NCBI GenBank assembly: GCA_025558095.1
Contig: JAIVFI010000024.1
Coordinates: 434,001 to 498,000, forward strand
From: Hyaloraphidium curvatum SAG 235-1
Lineage: Eukaryota > Fungi > Monoblepharomycota
Direction of reading: 5' to 3'
DNA: 64,000 nucleotides
Shown here: piece after piece, positions 12,818 to 24,018 of the stretch
Layout of the letters: the number at the start of each line of letters is the position of its first letter
Position numbering within the stretch: position 1 is the first letter of the stretch
The notes under the pieces: model-generated
Told to the model about the DNA's origin: nothing
Database searches by the model: none
What the model saw: only the letters and a program-made list of their open reading frames with translations
Program-made: the position numbers and the translations under genes

Positions 12818-14755
12818 CTACACCACGACGACTCCGTCCCCGAGTCGCCAGATCGCTTCCCCTCCCTTCGGCTCGAGATGCTCGCCGTGCGATATGCGGA
12901 GCCAGCCGGTCCCATACCCGGACAGATCGTCCATCAGGCGGGAAGCCATCTCGGAATCGATCGATCCGGTGGACTCATCCATCACGACAAACGGCAGTTC
13001 CCCATCGCGCCTGCTCTGCAGATGAAAAAAGAGGCGACTGAATCCGAGCCGCTGGCGTTCTCCCGGGCTCATGATCCGCTCCCACGTGTTTGGCAGCGCC
13101 GCTGTGTCGACGCCGCCGTACTCCACGCGAGTCCGATCGAGGAGATCGCCCAAGCCGACGGATCGCAGAAGAGATTCAAGCTCGTCGTCAGGGAGCAGCT
13201 CCTCCGTGCCAGGCAGAGGATACGTCACGAGCGACCTCAGAGAACCAAACGGAAGGTAAGGCTGCTGCGGCACGAACAGCAGAGGGCGAGAATCGCGGGG
13301 GGCAGTAGACCAGCTCTGATCCGGCATGGTGACGGTGCCGCCAGCTGGGGTCCATATTCCAGCCAAAAGGCGCACGACAGAGCTTTTCCCTCTGCCGTTG
13401 CTGCCGACCAGCAGGATCCGATCGCGTTTCGCAATCGCGGCCGTCAGATCGCGAATGAGCGTCCGCGGAGGGATGGTGGGCGTTGCGATAGAGACGGAGG
13501 AGAAAGAAATGAATGGCGCTACCCCTTGTGCTTGCTCAGAGCCATGAGCCACTGGCAACGCCGGTTCGACGACGACGTCAGGCTGTTGACCAACATCTCC
13601 GTTGCTCATCGATTCCCACAGCGTCCCGAGCCGGTTTGCGTAGCCCGCAAGATCCGTAATCTCCTGCGCTTGATTCAGGATCCCAGTGAGCTTTGAAGAC
13701 AAGTAGATGCACGTGAACGTTTGCAGACTGATGATCTGCGAAAGCTTATCGGCGGGAACATCGTCATACTCGTGCGTAACCAGAACAGGAATAGCAACGA
13801 TGACGTAACACAGAATGCCGCCCATCGAGGCCAGCACCGCGAGTCCCGCGCTGAGGATTGAGTCGCGCCAAACGACGCTGCGCTGGACGTCGAGCACCCG
13901 ATACAGCGCGTCATCCAGAGCGTTCTGCTCTGCAAGATTGCCACCTTCGAGGCTGATGGTCTCCGAATAGTCTCTGACGTGCACGTGGAGATACCGATAG
14001 TCGCCCTCGGCGCGGTCTTTGCGGAAGATGAGCGGCACAAGGGGTGCCATCAGGCCGTACGAGACGAGGCCCGATATGGCGTAGAAAAGGTAGATAATGG
14101 CCGGACCGAGCCAGCCGCCGACTCGCCACACCATGAACGTGTAGAACGCAATCGTCAGCGGCGTGATGACGAGTGCCTCCAGCACCGTCCGGAGCTGAGC
14201 CGTCAGCTTGTCCACATCCTGGCAAATGCGCTGATCCGGATTGTCCACAACGGTGCTGAAGGGCTGGGTCTTTGTTATCCTGTAGAGGTTGTCGGGGGAA
14301 ACGAGGGAAACCTGAAGCATCTCCGACAGCTTCCGCCTCGCTTCGAGGGCGAAGAAACCCCCCGACAGCCTCGAGCACCCCTTCAGCACTGCTAGGAGCA
14401 TGAACGCACCCAGCAGAATCCCCGTGTTGGCAAGGAAGCCTTCCAGATTCCGCAGCAAGAGGTACTGGAAGAACAACGAGATGCGCATCCCGACAAAGTA
14501 GACGACGCACTCCGTCACGGCAGTGAGAATGAACAGCGCCGAGTACGCAGCTACGATGACGCGGCTCCGGCTGAGGAGCTTGACGATCGCAAGGAGGCGA
14601 GAAAAGGCCTCGCGATCGAAGCCAGGGTTCTTCGGCTCCTCTGTCCGGCCATCGTCGTCCCGGTGCCCTCTCCCGAGAAGCGGGGTCTTTTCTTCAACGC
14701 CATGAAAGAGAAAGGACGCGTCGGAGGGCCGCCCCGGGCCTACAGTCGCTGCCAT
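12818..14755 (-). CDS. ABC half-transporter, subfamily D (ABCD4-like), intronless
   Basis: DNPDQRICQD, EAA-like AEGDYRYLH, Walker A GSNGRGKSS, signature MSPGERQR, Walker B VVMDEST. Confidence 0.9.
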   Translation of the reverse strand: MAATVGPGRPSDASFLFHGVEEKTPLLGRGHRDDDGRTEEPKNPGFDREAFSRLLAIVKLLSRSRVIVAAYSALFILTAVTECVVYFVGMRISLFFQYLLLRNLEGFLANTGILLGAFMLLAVLKGCSRLSGGFFALEARRKLSEMLQVSLVSPDNLYRITKTQPFSTVVDNPDQRICQDVDKLTAQLRTVLEALVITPLTIAFYTFMVWRVGGWLGPAIIYLFYAISGLVSYGLMAPLVPLIFRKDRAEGDYRYLHVHVRDYSETISLEGGNLAEQNALDDALYRVLDVQRSVVWRDSILSAGLAVLASMGGILCYVIVAIPVLVTHEYDDVPADKLSQIISLQTFTCIYLSSKLTGILNQAQEITDLAGYANRLGTLWESMSNGDVGQQPDVVVEPALPVAHGSEQAQGVAPFISFSSVSIATPTIPPRTLIRDLTAAIAKRDRILLVGSNGRGKSSVVRLLAGIWTPAGGTVTMPDQSWSTAPRDSRPLLFVPQQPYLPFGSLRSLVTYPLPGTEELLPDDELESLLRSVGLGDLLDRTRVEYGGVDTAALPNTWERIMSPGERQRLGFSRLFFHLQSRRDGELPFVVMDESTGSIDSEMASRLMDDLSGYGTGWLRISHGEHLEPKGGEAIWRLGDGVVVV

Positions 14756-14835
14756 TCTTGCTGTTTTGGTCGGTGATTGACGACACGGCCGGCAATCGGG
14801 GAAGGAAGCAGGAACAACCGGCCCGAGGCACCGTA

Positions 14836-15943
14836 ATGGCATTCAGCTTCTCGGCGGCGGCGCCAGCCGCGACGGCGACCGTTAGCACCGGTGCGCCACA
14901 GCCAGCGGCCTCAGCGAGGTGCTCCCTGTCCTTGCGTCGCCGAAACGCGTCGGACCTTGACACGATCCAGCCTGGGGAGGACAACCAAGTTCCTGGATCT
15001 GCCCATGGAGATTCGCGCTCAATTTGAGAAACTGGAGTCGGTTTTGGCTACTCTTCTGCGTCAGAGGCACCGTGACTTATCGTGGGACGCGTGGCAGGGC
15101 GGCAATACAGAACGAGCGGGACCTGGCGGAGACGGTTCGGAACAGCGGCACCTTTGCCGCGATAAGGAGGATATCGGAAGCCAAGGAGCAATTGTCGTCT
15201 GTCAGTAAGCCGTTTCGCGTTCGGTGGGACGCGCCAAAGCCCGTGCGGACCGCAGAAAGTCGATGCCGTCAAGAGCCTTCTGGACGGGGATGGGCGGCTG
15301 ATCGAGGACCTGAAATCGAAAGTCAACAACGAGTTGCGGAATGCGGAGCTTGTTGCGCGCCATATCGACCGGATGAAAGACCCGGCGAAGGCGCGAACGG
15401 CGTCTATTGCGGCCCAAGAAGCCACCGCCGAGTGAGGATCACTTGACGAGGGACCTGGCAGTGTTGATGAACGCGTTTCCACTCAGTTACTTCCAACGAT
15501 TGGCCGGGACATACGAGGAACGCGTTCGCCAGTACCGTGTGCTGATCGAGGAGATCGAACGAAATCTGGAGTCCTTGGAGAGCTCGGATCGCTTCGACCC
15601 GAAAGGTGAGCTTTCCGACACCTTAGCCGCCTTTGCGTACTGAAGCGCGGCGATAGCATTGGGCGACATCATACGTGCGCAGAACGAGAGCTTTATGGGC
15701 CTGGCAACTAAAGTTGCGGCCGTGCACGACGAGATTGCACGGCAAAAGGCCATTTGGGAAAAGGGACATTCTTCCTCCATTCAGCCGCTAGCTGACATCG
15801 CGGCCACTATGGCCAAGTCGATTCAGCCGCCTGCGCCGGCCGCGGCACCTGGAGCGGCTGCCCCCGCTCCCGCAACGACGAGCGCCATGCCGGCTTTCTC
15901 CACGTTCGGCGGCGGGACCTTCACGAGCAACAAGCGAAGATAG
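14836..15943 (+). CDS. Nucleoporin Nup58/Nup49-like
   Basis: MAFSF low-complexity start, RTTKFLDLP, YEERVRQYRVLIEEIERNL, QNESFMGLATKVAAVHDEI coiled coils; multi-exon. Confidence 0.8.
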
Positions 15944-16062
15944 CGTCCCGCGATGTGCGCGTAGCTTCGTGGTGCAAGCCAGCTCCAATCGTTCCTTGCC
16001 GCCGTGGCAGTCGCAGGGAAGCAGTCCAAACGGTCCCGAGCGTGACAGTACGACCGAATCAT

Positions 16063-16411
16063 TCAGGGCGGCTCAATGTAGCTCTTGAGCTCCTTCAGAA
16101 GCTCCTTGCATTCCGCGAGAGAAGCCTGGATGTCCTCAAGACGAGCGTCCGACTCGTTGAGCTTCTTGCCATCCTCGACAGCCACTTCCTTCATCCTGCG
16201 CCACAAGCGGTGAGCTAAGCTATCTCGACGTGCCAAGAAACGAAGCTACGCACAAGGCAAAGGTCTCCACGATGTCCTTGTCGTTCTTCGGGAGTGTGGC
16301 CGGAATCTCGCGGGGCCCTTGCTCCGGACCGCCCTGGGAAGCCGACTTTGCCCCTTCGTTGCGCTTCGCCAGCTCCGCAACGTCCTCCAGGATCTCCTTC
16401 AGCGTCAGCAT
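16063..16411 (-). CDS. Small coiled-coil hypothetical protein, 2 exons
   Basis: ORF 16220-16411 spliced (TT|gtgcgt...gcag|G) to MKEVAVEDGKKLNESDARLEDIQASLAECKELLKELKSYIEPP*. Confidence 0.55.
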
Positions 16412-16494
16412 TCTCTGCCGAGGTCCGCAACCGCGCCTGGGTGTTAAGTGGAAGCGCGCGCGCAGCGGATGATATCTCAGTCAGCCGCGCGAGT

Positions 16495-17644
16495 ATGTCG
16501 ATCGCGGCGGCAGCGATTCGCGAGCTGCTCGCGTCGCTCGGATCTCGTGTCTCTGCTCTAGCGGCTGCCAGCGATCTGTTCGACGAGTCCAGATTACGTG
16601 CCGCTGTGGAACTGCTGTCGGAAGTGGAATCGGCGCTCAAGCCGACCATCGGACGCGATTCTAATCCGGCCACGGACGAATCGAAACCCAGCAACGGCTT
16701 AGAAGTCGCCGGTGAAGCTGTCAGGCTCGCGAGCATGCTCGCAGCCGCTCGGACGAAGCAATCGAACTTTCAAACCGAGGAATACGGCGTCTTTGAGACC
16801 CAAGAGATGGATGAGGATGGGCTTCCGCTGATGGAGATTCGGGAAGAGGCCATGGACCGACCTGCCGAGCGGAACCTGGTTGGGGAGACCAGCCTTCTCC
16901 ATCTGAAGATGGTTACGCCGGCCAAACGAACCTTGACACCGGACGACGTGGATTTCATCGATCATTTTCGAAAATGGGAAGAGATTGAGGCGGCAGAGGA
17001 AGCCGGGGCGATCGCTACGGTTGCAGAATCCGCCGCTTCGCCCCGGGGTGCCGCACCTTTTGTTTTCAGAACTCCTGCAGACATTCACCGCTTTATGGCG
17101 CAGCGAGAGAAGCCTGTGGATGATATGCCGAGGGAAGCGCGGACTGAAGCGGTGTCCGAGCCGACGCCAACGGCCGCAAAGTCTTCTCCCAAGACTGTTC
17201 GCTTCGCGGACGTTCATGCCCTTGAGACGGGACCTCGCAAAGCCACAGGGGGTGGAGCGGACCATGCTTCCAAGGTCTCTGGGGTAGTGGCCGAGACGGT
17301 AGTCGAACACGAGGGCGAAGAACCCCCCGAAGAGGAAGATCTGGATGCCTTTTTTGATTTCAAGGAGGTGTGTTTTACACCTGATGAAGTCCAATGTCTG
17401 CCCAGGTCTGATTGCTTCACAGGCTATGCAGAAGTATCACGAGACCAGACCGAAAATCCTCGGTCATGACTCCAGCCAGCCCGTTGAACTTGCTCAGGAG
17501 ATCGATCTCCCATCAACCAAGTCGTCGGACGCACCAGCCGGTGTGGCGGACACGCCACCGGTGGTGACTGGAGCTGCAGATCGGACGGAGAAGAAACCTT
17601 CGCGGTTCAAGCTCGCCATGATGAAGGATAGGTCACGGGTTTAG
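16495..17644 (+). CDS. URI1/Bud27-like unconventional prefoldin RPB5 interactor
   Basis: DEDGLPLMEIREE motif, FRTPADI, C-terminal KKPSRFKLAM; intron ~17368-17422. Confidence 0.7.
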
Positions 17645-19193
17645 TTACACGGTGACAAAAAAGCCGAGTTTCGGCGTTGCCGTCATCCCGCTGCGATCCC
17701 ATGCTCCGTTCGGTCCGCGCAGCTGGAGACTGAGCCCCAAACTCACGACGGCTCCGCGCCACCGGCCCTCATAAAGCAACGAGAGTCCATCGCTGAGGCA
17801 GAGGCGGGCCTTCATCATCTGGTCCGAGTTTGGCGGAGCGTACTCGATTCCCAGGGCCAGATCGGACTCCTGGGAATACAGGTTAAGGTCGTACCTACAC
17901 GCTACGTCCATGCCCCGCCGTATAGTGGAAACATACGCCAACGAGAGGTGGCCCATCATCGGGTTCACCAGCGTGGTGAAGGTGGAGTGGATCGGGATGC
18001 GATTGGTCCGATACTGAGGATAGAGCTGGCGCAAACGAAAACCCAAGGACACTGAGGGGAAGCGCATGTCGGCGATCGCATCGGATGGCGCTAAAAGCAC
18101 CCACGGCCGCCAGTCCGTTCCTTTGCTGCGTAGTAGAGCTCGCCGCCGAAAGCTATCCGGCTGTAAGGATTGTCCTGCCCGAACGGGGACTGGAAGCTCG
18201 CCATAGACGACCACCCAATCACTTGGCCATCTGAATCATACGATAGCTCGCTGCACATCCCGGGGCCCGGGGTGTACATGACCTGCGTGCGCAGCTGGAA
18301 AATCCATTAGCGTTTGAACGTTCGGATGCTATTGGCGACCGACTCACGTGGGACTTTGCAATCTGCCAGGTGCTCCGGCCAGCCGCGACGGCAAGCCAGT
18401 TCCTGTGGAGCCGTTGGCTGTACAGAAAGTCGACCGAGCCGTCCTGGAAGACCTGCCCATATGCCATCACATCCCCGAACCGCGTCTTCGGAGATACAGG
18501 AGGTACGGTTTTGCGTCCTGCCAGGGTGTCTGACAAGCTGGCAAGCGCTACAGATCCCCGAACCGACGCGTCTGGTGTCTCCGAAAGTTCCTCCCAGCCT
18601 TCGTCGAGGCCCGTGTCCGCGTCCCTTTTGCCCGGCGCCACGGGTTTCGATTCTGTCGCAGTTTGTCCGGTCGCAAGCGCAACCATGTGCTCCCAGCTCC
18701 AGTTGGCAGGGCCGACAGGGTCCTTGTGCCGCGACGAATGCTTTTGTCGACGTTCGGTCTGTCCAGAAGCCTGTGCGGTGGCATCCTTGCCACCGTGAGG
18801 CTCGGCGGGAGCAAAAAGATGCCCTCTTTGTCGCTGTTCGAACTGCGCAACCGCTTCCGTCCACGAGCAGCCCAGCCGCGTCTCCATGTCCTCCGTGAGA
18901 GCTTTGGCAGCACCATAGAAAAGCGACTCTCTGGAGGACCCAGCTGACGGGTCCGACAGTGGCGCGTTGAGGAATATGGCCCCGAGGGACTTGCGGTCAG
19001 GGACGATGCCCAGGAGGTACGAGGTGTGCAGCCACGGAGACACGTTCTTGCCCAGGGTGACGGCGATGCCGTCCGGCACCGTGAAGTCCAGCACAGCGCG
19101 TGCCGACGCGGCAATGTTCGAGTAGTATCGGTCTTCGTTCCATTTCGTCGCGATGTAGTGGTTTCTCACGGCCGATTCGAGGCAATCGAGCAT
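17645..19193 (-). CDS. MDM10: Mitochondrial distribution and morphology protein 10 (ERMES/SAM beta-barrel)
   Basis: ATKWNEDRYYSNI, LDFTVPDG, GGELYY, LVNPMMGHLSLAY, RYDLNLYSQESD. Confidence 0.92.
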
Positions 19194-19301
19194 GTTCTTT
19201 GGAGCCCCGGCGGGAGCCACGGCGGGGAGTCATCAGGCACACGGATTATCAAGACCATGTTAATTGCGATACTCCGAGTCGCCTCCAGAATCCAAACTCC
19301 A

Positions 19302-20461
19302 CTACACGACCGCCTCGAAGCCAGCATCGACGTAGACCGTCTGGGCGGTGACCGCGCGCCCGCCTTCCGAGCAGAGGAATGCCGCCATGGCCCCAATGTC
19401 CTCCTGGGTCGCGAGATCGGGCAGCGGCGAACGCTCCTTGTAGAGCTTCTGCATGTCGCTGAAGTTGGCAATGCCGCTGGCTGCCCTCGTGGAGATTGCA
19501 CCGGCAGAACTGGGACATAGAAGGTCAAAAGCCCATTCGCGACGCCGATCGGCCATGCTCACATGGCGTTGACGCGGATGCGTTTCGGGCCAAGGTCCAC
19601 GGCGAGAGCACGAGTGACGCTTTCGAGAGCTGCCTTCACGGGGCCTGGAGAAGGGAAGCAAGTGATCAGTGAGACTTCAGGAGACGGTGGGCACCCCCGA
19701 GCGCACCCATCATGCCGTAGTTCGGAACAACCTTCACGGCGCCGAGCTGAGCAAAAGACCCGATTAGCGAATAACATAAGCGGGAGCAATGGGGGAATCC
19801 CACGTAGCTAAGTGTCAGGCACGTGCCACCATTCTTCATAAGGGGCTCGGCGAGCTTGCACATCCGAATGAAGGAGTGGGCCGAAACTGGCGAGGTTCGC
19901 GGGTCAGCAAGCGGCATCCTCGGTACCGAACGACTGGCGGCTGCCCACCGTCCATGGCGAGAGTCCACCCCTCCAGCGAGCAGTCCACCACGCGGCCGTG
20001 AAGATCAGAGGCCTTGGCGAAAGCGATGGCGTGAAGGATGAAGTCCAGCTAAACGAAAGGAGGTGAGACGGCAGCGAGAGGCAATCAGGAGCGGCAGCAA
20101 TCACCTCGCCCCACTTGGATTCAATCTCCTGGTACACCGCCTCGAGCTCGCCCGGCTGCATCGCGGCGATTAAAGGCAAATGAATTCAGATCCGTGTCCG
20201 TAACGGGCCCGTCCGGGGTCTCCCGACCTTCTGCACGTCGCACTTGATGATGATCTCGGAGTTGACCTGCTCCGCCAGCGGCCGCACGAACTTCTCGGCC
20301 TTCTCGTTCAGGTACGTGCAGGCGAGCGTGGCGCCGGCCGCGTGGAAGGCCTTGGCGCAGCCCCACGCGATGGACTGCTCGTTCGCGATACCGATGACGA
20401 GACCCTTCTTTCCTTGAAGAGCGAGGGACAGCGGCGCGTCCGTGGCCATCGTGGCAGGCAT
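19302..20461 (-). CDS. fabI: Enoyl-[acyl-carrier-protein] reductase FabI (SDR), 7 exons
   Basis: GKKGLVIGIANEQSIAWG, LDFILHAIAFA, DLHGRVVDCS, SAHSFIRM, catalytic YGMMGPVK, IRVNAISAG, TRAASGI. Confidence 0.93.
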
Positions 20462-20897
20462 TCAGAGGAGCGATGAGCCAATGAGTCGGGAGGGAGCTCC
20501 GTCAGACGCCGGAGGATCGAAGAGCAGAGGCAGAGATGGCTTGAGCTCGGGTTGTGATGCGGCGGGCCAGAGGTGGCGTTCCGCTCCGACCCGACAGATG
20601 AGCCCCAAACACTTCCAAGATCTCTGATATGGTGATCGATGTACATCTCCCTTTGCTACTCCCCCGAAGCTTACAAGTTAGACCGGCGTAACTTCCCGCC
20701 GGTTTTGCGCCCCCCCGCCCCGAACACCCTCCAGCTTTGCTCCCGCCCGGTGTGAACCGGGTCCCAATGATCGAGCTCGAACCCTATTATCTCCCGCGGG
20801 TTGGCTCCAAATAGATCTCTTCCCGTCGGCAGGCGAAAGCCCTGGCCGCACTGTGTCGGAATGCCGTCCGAGGTCTTGACGGACGATCGTCCCAACT

Positions 20898-23800
20898 TCA
20901 TCCAGATCCGTACCTGCCGTCGCCGGGGGGCGGCGCTTTGAGCGTAACAGGCCGGCTCTGCCGCGGCGGCATAGGCACCATGCCCGCGGGACCGTCCGCG
21001 GGCCCCCCGAAAGCGACGTTCGGCCCAGCCGCGTAGTAGGGCGGCGCGTAGGCCGGCCCGCTCGACATCGGGGGCATGTAGCTGGGGCTGACCGACCTGC
21101 CCCCGTTGGCGTAGCCGTAGTCGACGGGGCTCGGTGCCATCGGCGGTCCCGGGGCGTACGAGCCGCCGTACATGGACGCGTCGCCGGGCACCATGAGCCC
21201 GTTCTCGGTCATGAAGACCATCTGGCCGGTCGAGGTCATCATGGGCTGCACGACCATGCCCCCGGCGGTGTAGAACGTCGGCTGCCCCGGCGGCATCGGC
21301 GCGAGGGGCATGCCGTACGCCACCGGCGCAGGAACCGGCGGGGGGCCCGGCTGCGCCGCAGGCTTCGGCTGCCGGTAGGCCCGGCGCTGCTGCTGCAGCC
21401 CGTTTGCATACTCCTCCTCAGGCGGCTGTTGGTACTGTGCCTGGGCAGGCGGTGCGGCAACGGCGACCGGCTGCGGTTGCTCTCCCTCTACGGCAGCCGC
21501 CTTGACCGGTGGTGCGGGCCTGTTGGCCGCATCCGAGGGCCGGGTAGCGGGCGTCGCCGGCGTCACCGGCGTCGGCGTAAACTCGGGTGCTTCGACGGCT
21601 GAATGGAAAAGCAGGTGAGCCGCAAGAATCCCATGGCGACAGCAGGGCAGCCCACCACTCATGAGTTCCTCCTTGGCCCTCACCTCCCTCTCATGGGCCC
21701 GCTTTTTCTGCTGCTCCTCCTTCGCCTTGCGTTCCTGCCCGCGTGCCTGGGCAGCGGCGGCCAGGGCCTGGAACATGGAGTTGCCTTGGGGAATGATGCT
21801 CGGCCGGGTGCTGGACTTGGCAGGCCCGCCCGAGGGGGCAGCAGGCGCGTCGGCTGCAGCAGCCGCCGCCGGAGCCGCATCGGCCGAGACCGCAGGCAGC
21901 ACCTGGGGCACGCCGGCTGCCGCGGCACGGGCCGGGTTTCGCTCCGGAAAGCCGCCCAGAGATCCGCGGACGCCGCGGCCCCTACCGCGCCCGCGCGCGG
22001 CAGCGTGCGGCAGGGGTTCGCCGAGCGGGGCTTCCGAAGGGACGGCGGCAGCGACGGGCGCGACGCCGGCCTCCATGTCCTTGAAGTCGACCACGATCTC
22101 GGGCTCCTCGTCGGGAACCGCGGAGGCCTGCACACGGGCCGGGTCCGGGCGATCGGCGGCCTGCACGCCGTTCTGGGCGTTTTCCTTTGAAGATTCCTGC
22201 TCCGAGGATGGCCTCGGCGGCCTCGCGGTGCCGCGTACGGGCTGGTAGGTGCCCCTGGCTGCCCTGGCACCGCGACCTCGGCCGCGAACGGGGGCTCCCG
22301 CATCGCGGCGCGCCGGTTCCGGTCCGGCGTTGATCTCCTCGAAGCCGTCATGGGGCCAGCGCTCCTTGAGCAGCTTCTCGTCGATCGGATCCCAGGCCTG
22401 GTAACGGCCCCGGCCGGACCCGCGCGGGCGGCCGGCGCCGAGCGCAGCCCCGCTCCCGTAGGGGATCTCGTCGAGGGAGAGCTTGGCCGCGGCCTGCGGG
22501 GACTGCGACCTTGCGCGACCCGCATCCGAGCCACCACCCTGGGACTTGACTTCGTCGCCTTCCTTTGCCTCGCCCCCAGCCGCGGTCGGTGCCGGTCCAC
22601 CGAAGGCGCCCCGACCCCTGCCCCTGCCGCGGAATCCTCCCCTGCCCCGCTCGTCACCAGCCGGAGCAAAGCGATCATCGTGGCCCCAGAATTGGCGGGA
22701 AGGAGGCAGGGACGGAGGGAGTGCATTGGCAGAGGCCTCGTGCGAACCAGCAAAGGGGCCCAGGCCGCGACCCCTGCCCCGGTAACCGCCGGCCACATAA
22801 GGGCGTGTCCCGCGCGTGGGCACGGCACCTGACGGTGCGGTGTCGGCGTCGGCGTTGGCCGCGGCTTTGGGAGCGTCCGCGGCGGCAGGCGGACCCTCCT
22901 CCTTGGGCTTGCGGAGGATCTCGATCTGCAGCGGGGCCGACGACCCGGCGGCTTGGTAGCCGCCGCGACCGCGACCGCCCCGGGTGCTTTGAGTGGGAGC
23001 ACTGCCGCGCGAAGCCAGCATGGTCTTGGACGGGAAAGCGGGCACGATCGCGCCGCGGCCCCTGGTGCCGGCGCCTCCGCGGCCCCTCTTTGGGGCCGAC
23101 ACGGCCACCGGCTCTTCCGACGGCGGCGACGGCACGCGCTCGTCCGCCCAGCTGGTGATGCGCTCGTCCGGCGGCACCAGGGCGGCGTCCGAGGGCAGGA
23201 TGTCCGCGACGCGCCTGCGCAGCACCACGACCCTGTAGTTTTCGCCGCCGTTCGAGTCCCACTCTTCCGTGCCGTCGTCCGCCGTCAGCCGCAGGGCAAA
23301 CTCGAGGACCTTGCGCGACTCGTCGCGGTCGCCCGTGTCGAGCCAGCCTGCGTCGCGGTCCAGGTGGATGTCGGCGACCCACGCCTCGCCGCCCTGCACG
23401 TCGAGCTGGCGGGCGTCGTCGTAGCGGGCGGGCCACTCGACGACCGAGCCGTCCCTCCAGCCGTCGGCCGAGCCGCGCACGGCGACGCGCTTGCCGGGCG
23501 CGCCTTGGCGGTCGACGCGCAGCAGCGCCTCCAGCGCGGGCACTTGCGGGTCGGGCAGCACGAGCGCCGCGAGCGAGACGGGGCCGGCGGCGCGCGTCGG
23601 CGGCAGGTGGAAGTTTGCCGGCTCGAACGTGTGCTCCGCCGTGAAAGCTGCCCCGCCCCCGTCGCCCTCTCCCCCCGCCCCCCCCGCCCCTTCCCCTCCT
23701 CCACCGCCCCCCGCCCCGCCCCCATCCGGCTGCCGCTCCGCCCCCGCCGGCGCCGCATCCGCGCTGTCGCCGCTGTCGTCCGACGCGTCGCTGTCGGAAA

Positions 23801-23912
23801 ACGACGAGTCGCCGTCGCTCGACGACGACGACGCGGCCGCCACCGGCGCGCCGCCGTCCTCGCCGAGGTCGTCCTCGCGCCGCCGCCGCCGCGCGTGCCG
23901 CCGGCCGGACAT
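20898..23912 (-). CDS. CBM21-like domain + Btz/CASC3 (MLN51)-like RGG-rich protein
   Basis: [12 protein letters not shown]...LEFALR...[11 protein letters not shown]; Btz motifs FWGHDDRF and RWPHDGFEE; many RGRG repeats; probable in-frame intron ~21599-21655. Confidence 0.72.
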   Translation of the reverse strand: MSGRRHARRRRREDDLGEDGGAPVAAASSSSSDGDSSFSDSDASDDSGDSADAAPAGAERQPDGGGAGGGGGGEGAGGAGGEGDGGGAAFTAEHTFEPANFHLPPTRAAGPVSLAALVLPDPQVPALEALLRVDRQGAPGKRVAVRGSADGWRDGSVVEWPARYDDARQLDVQGGEAWVADIHLDRDAGWLDTGDRDESRKVLEFALRLTADDGTEEWDSNGGENYRVVVLRRRVADILPSDAALVPPDERITSWADERVPSPPSEEPVAVSAPKRGRGGAGTRGRGAIVPAFPSKTMLASRGSAPTQSTRGGRGRGGYQAAGSSAPLQIEILRKPKEEGPPAAADAPKAAANADADTAPSGAVPTRGTRPYVAGGYRGRGRGLGPFAGSHEASANALPPSLPPSRQFWGHDDRFAPAGDERGRGGFRGRGRGRGAFGGPAPTAAGGEAKEGDEVKSQGGGSDAGRARSQSPQAAAKLSLDEIPYGSGAALGAGRPRGSGRGRYQAWDPIDEKLLKERWPHDGFEEINAGPEPARRDAGAPVRGRGRGARAARGTYQPVRGTARPPRPSSEQESSKENAQNGVQAADRPDPARVQASAVPDEEPEIVVDFKDMEAGVAPVAAAVPSEAPLGEPLPHAAARGRGRGRGVRGSLGGFPERNPARAAAAGVPQVLPAVSADAAPAAAAAADAPAAPSGGPAKSSTRPSIIPQGNSMFQALAAAAQARGQERKAKEEQQKKRAHEREVRAKEELMSGGLPCCRHGILAAHLLFHSAVEAPEFTPTPVTPATPATRPSDAANRPAPPVKAAAVEGEQPQPVAVAAPPAQAQYQQPPEEEYANGLQQQRRAYRQPKPAAQPGPPPVPAPVAYGMPLAPMPPGQPTFYTAGGMVVQPMMTSTGQMVFMTENGLMVPGDASMYGGSYAPGPPMAPSPVDYGYANGGRSVSPSYMPPMSSGPAYAPPYYAAGPNVAFGGPADGPAGMVPMPPRQSRPVTLKAPPPGDGRYGSG

Positions 23913-24018
23913 GCCGCGATCCTTCCTCAACCCGCCGCGGTGTTGCGATTTAATCGGCAGCACTACATAAAAGGAAAGCCCTTGCCGCCACGGAGTTCCG
24001 CACTCGTGCGCTTCCACA

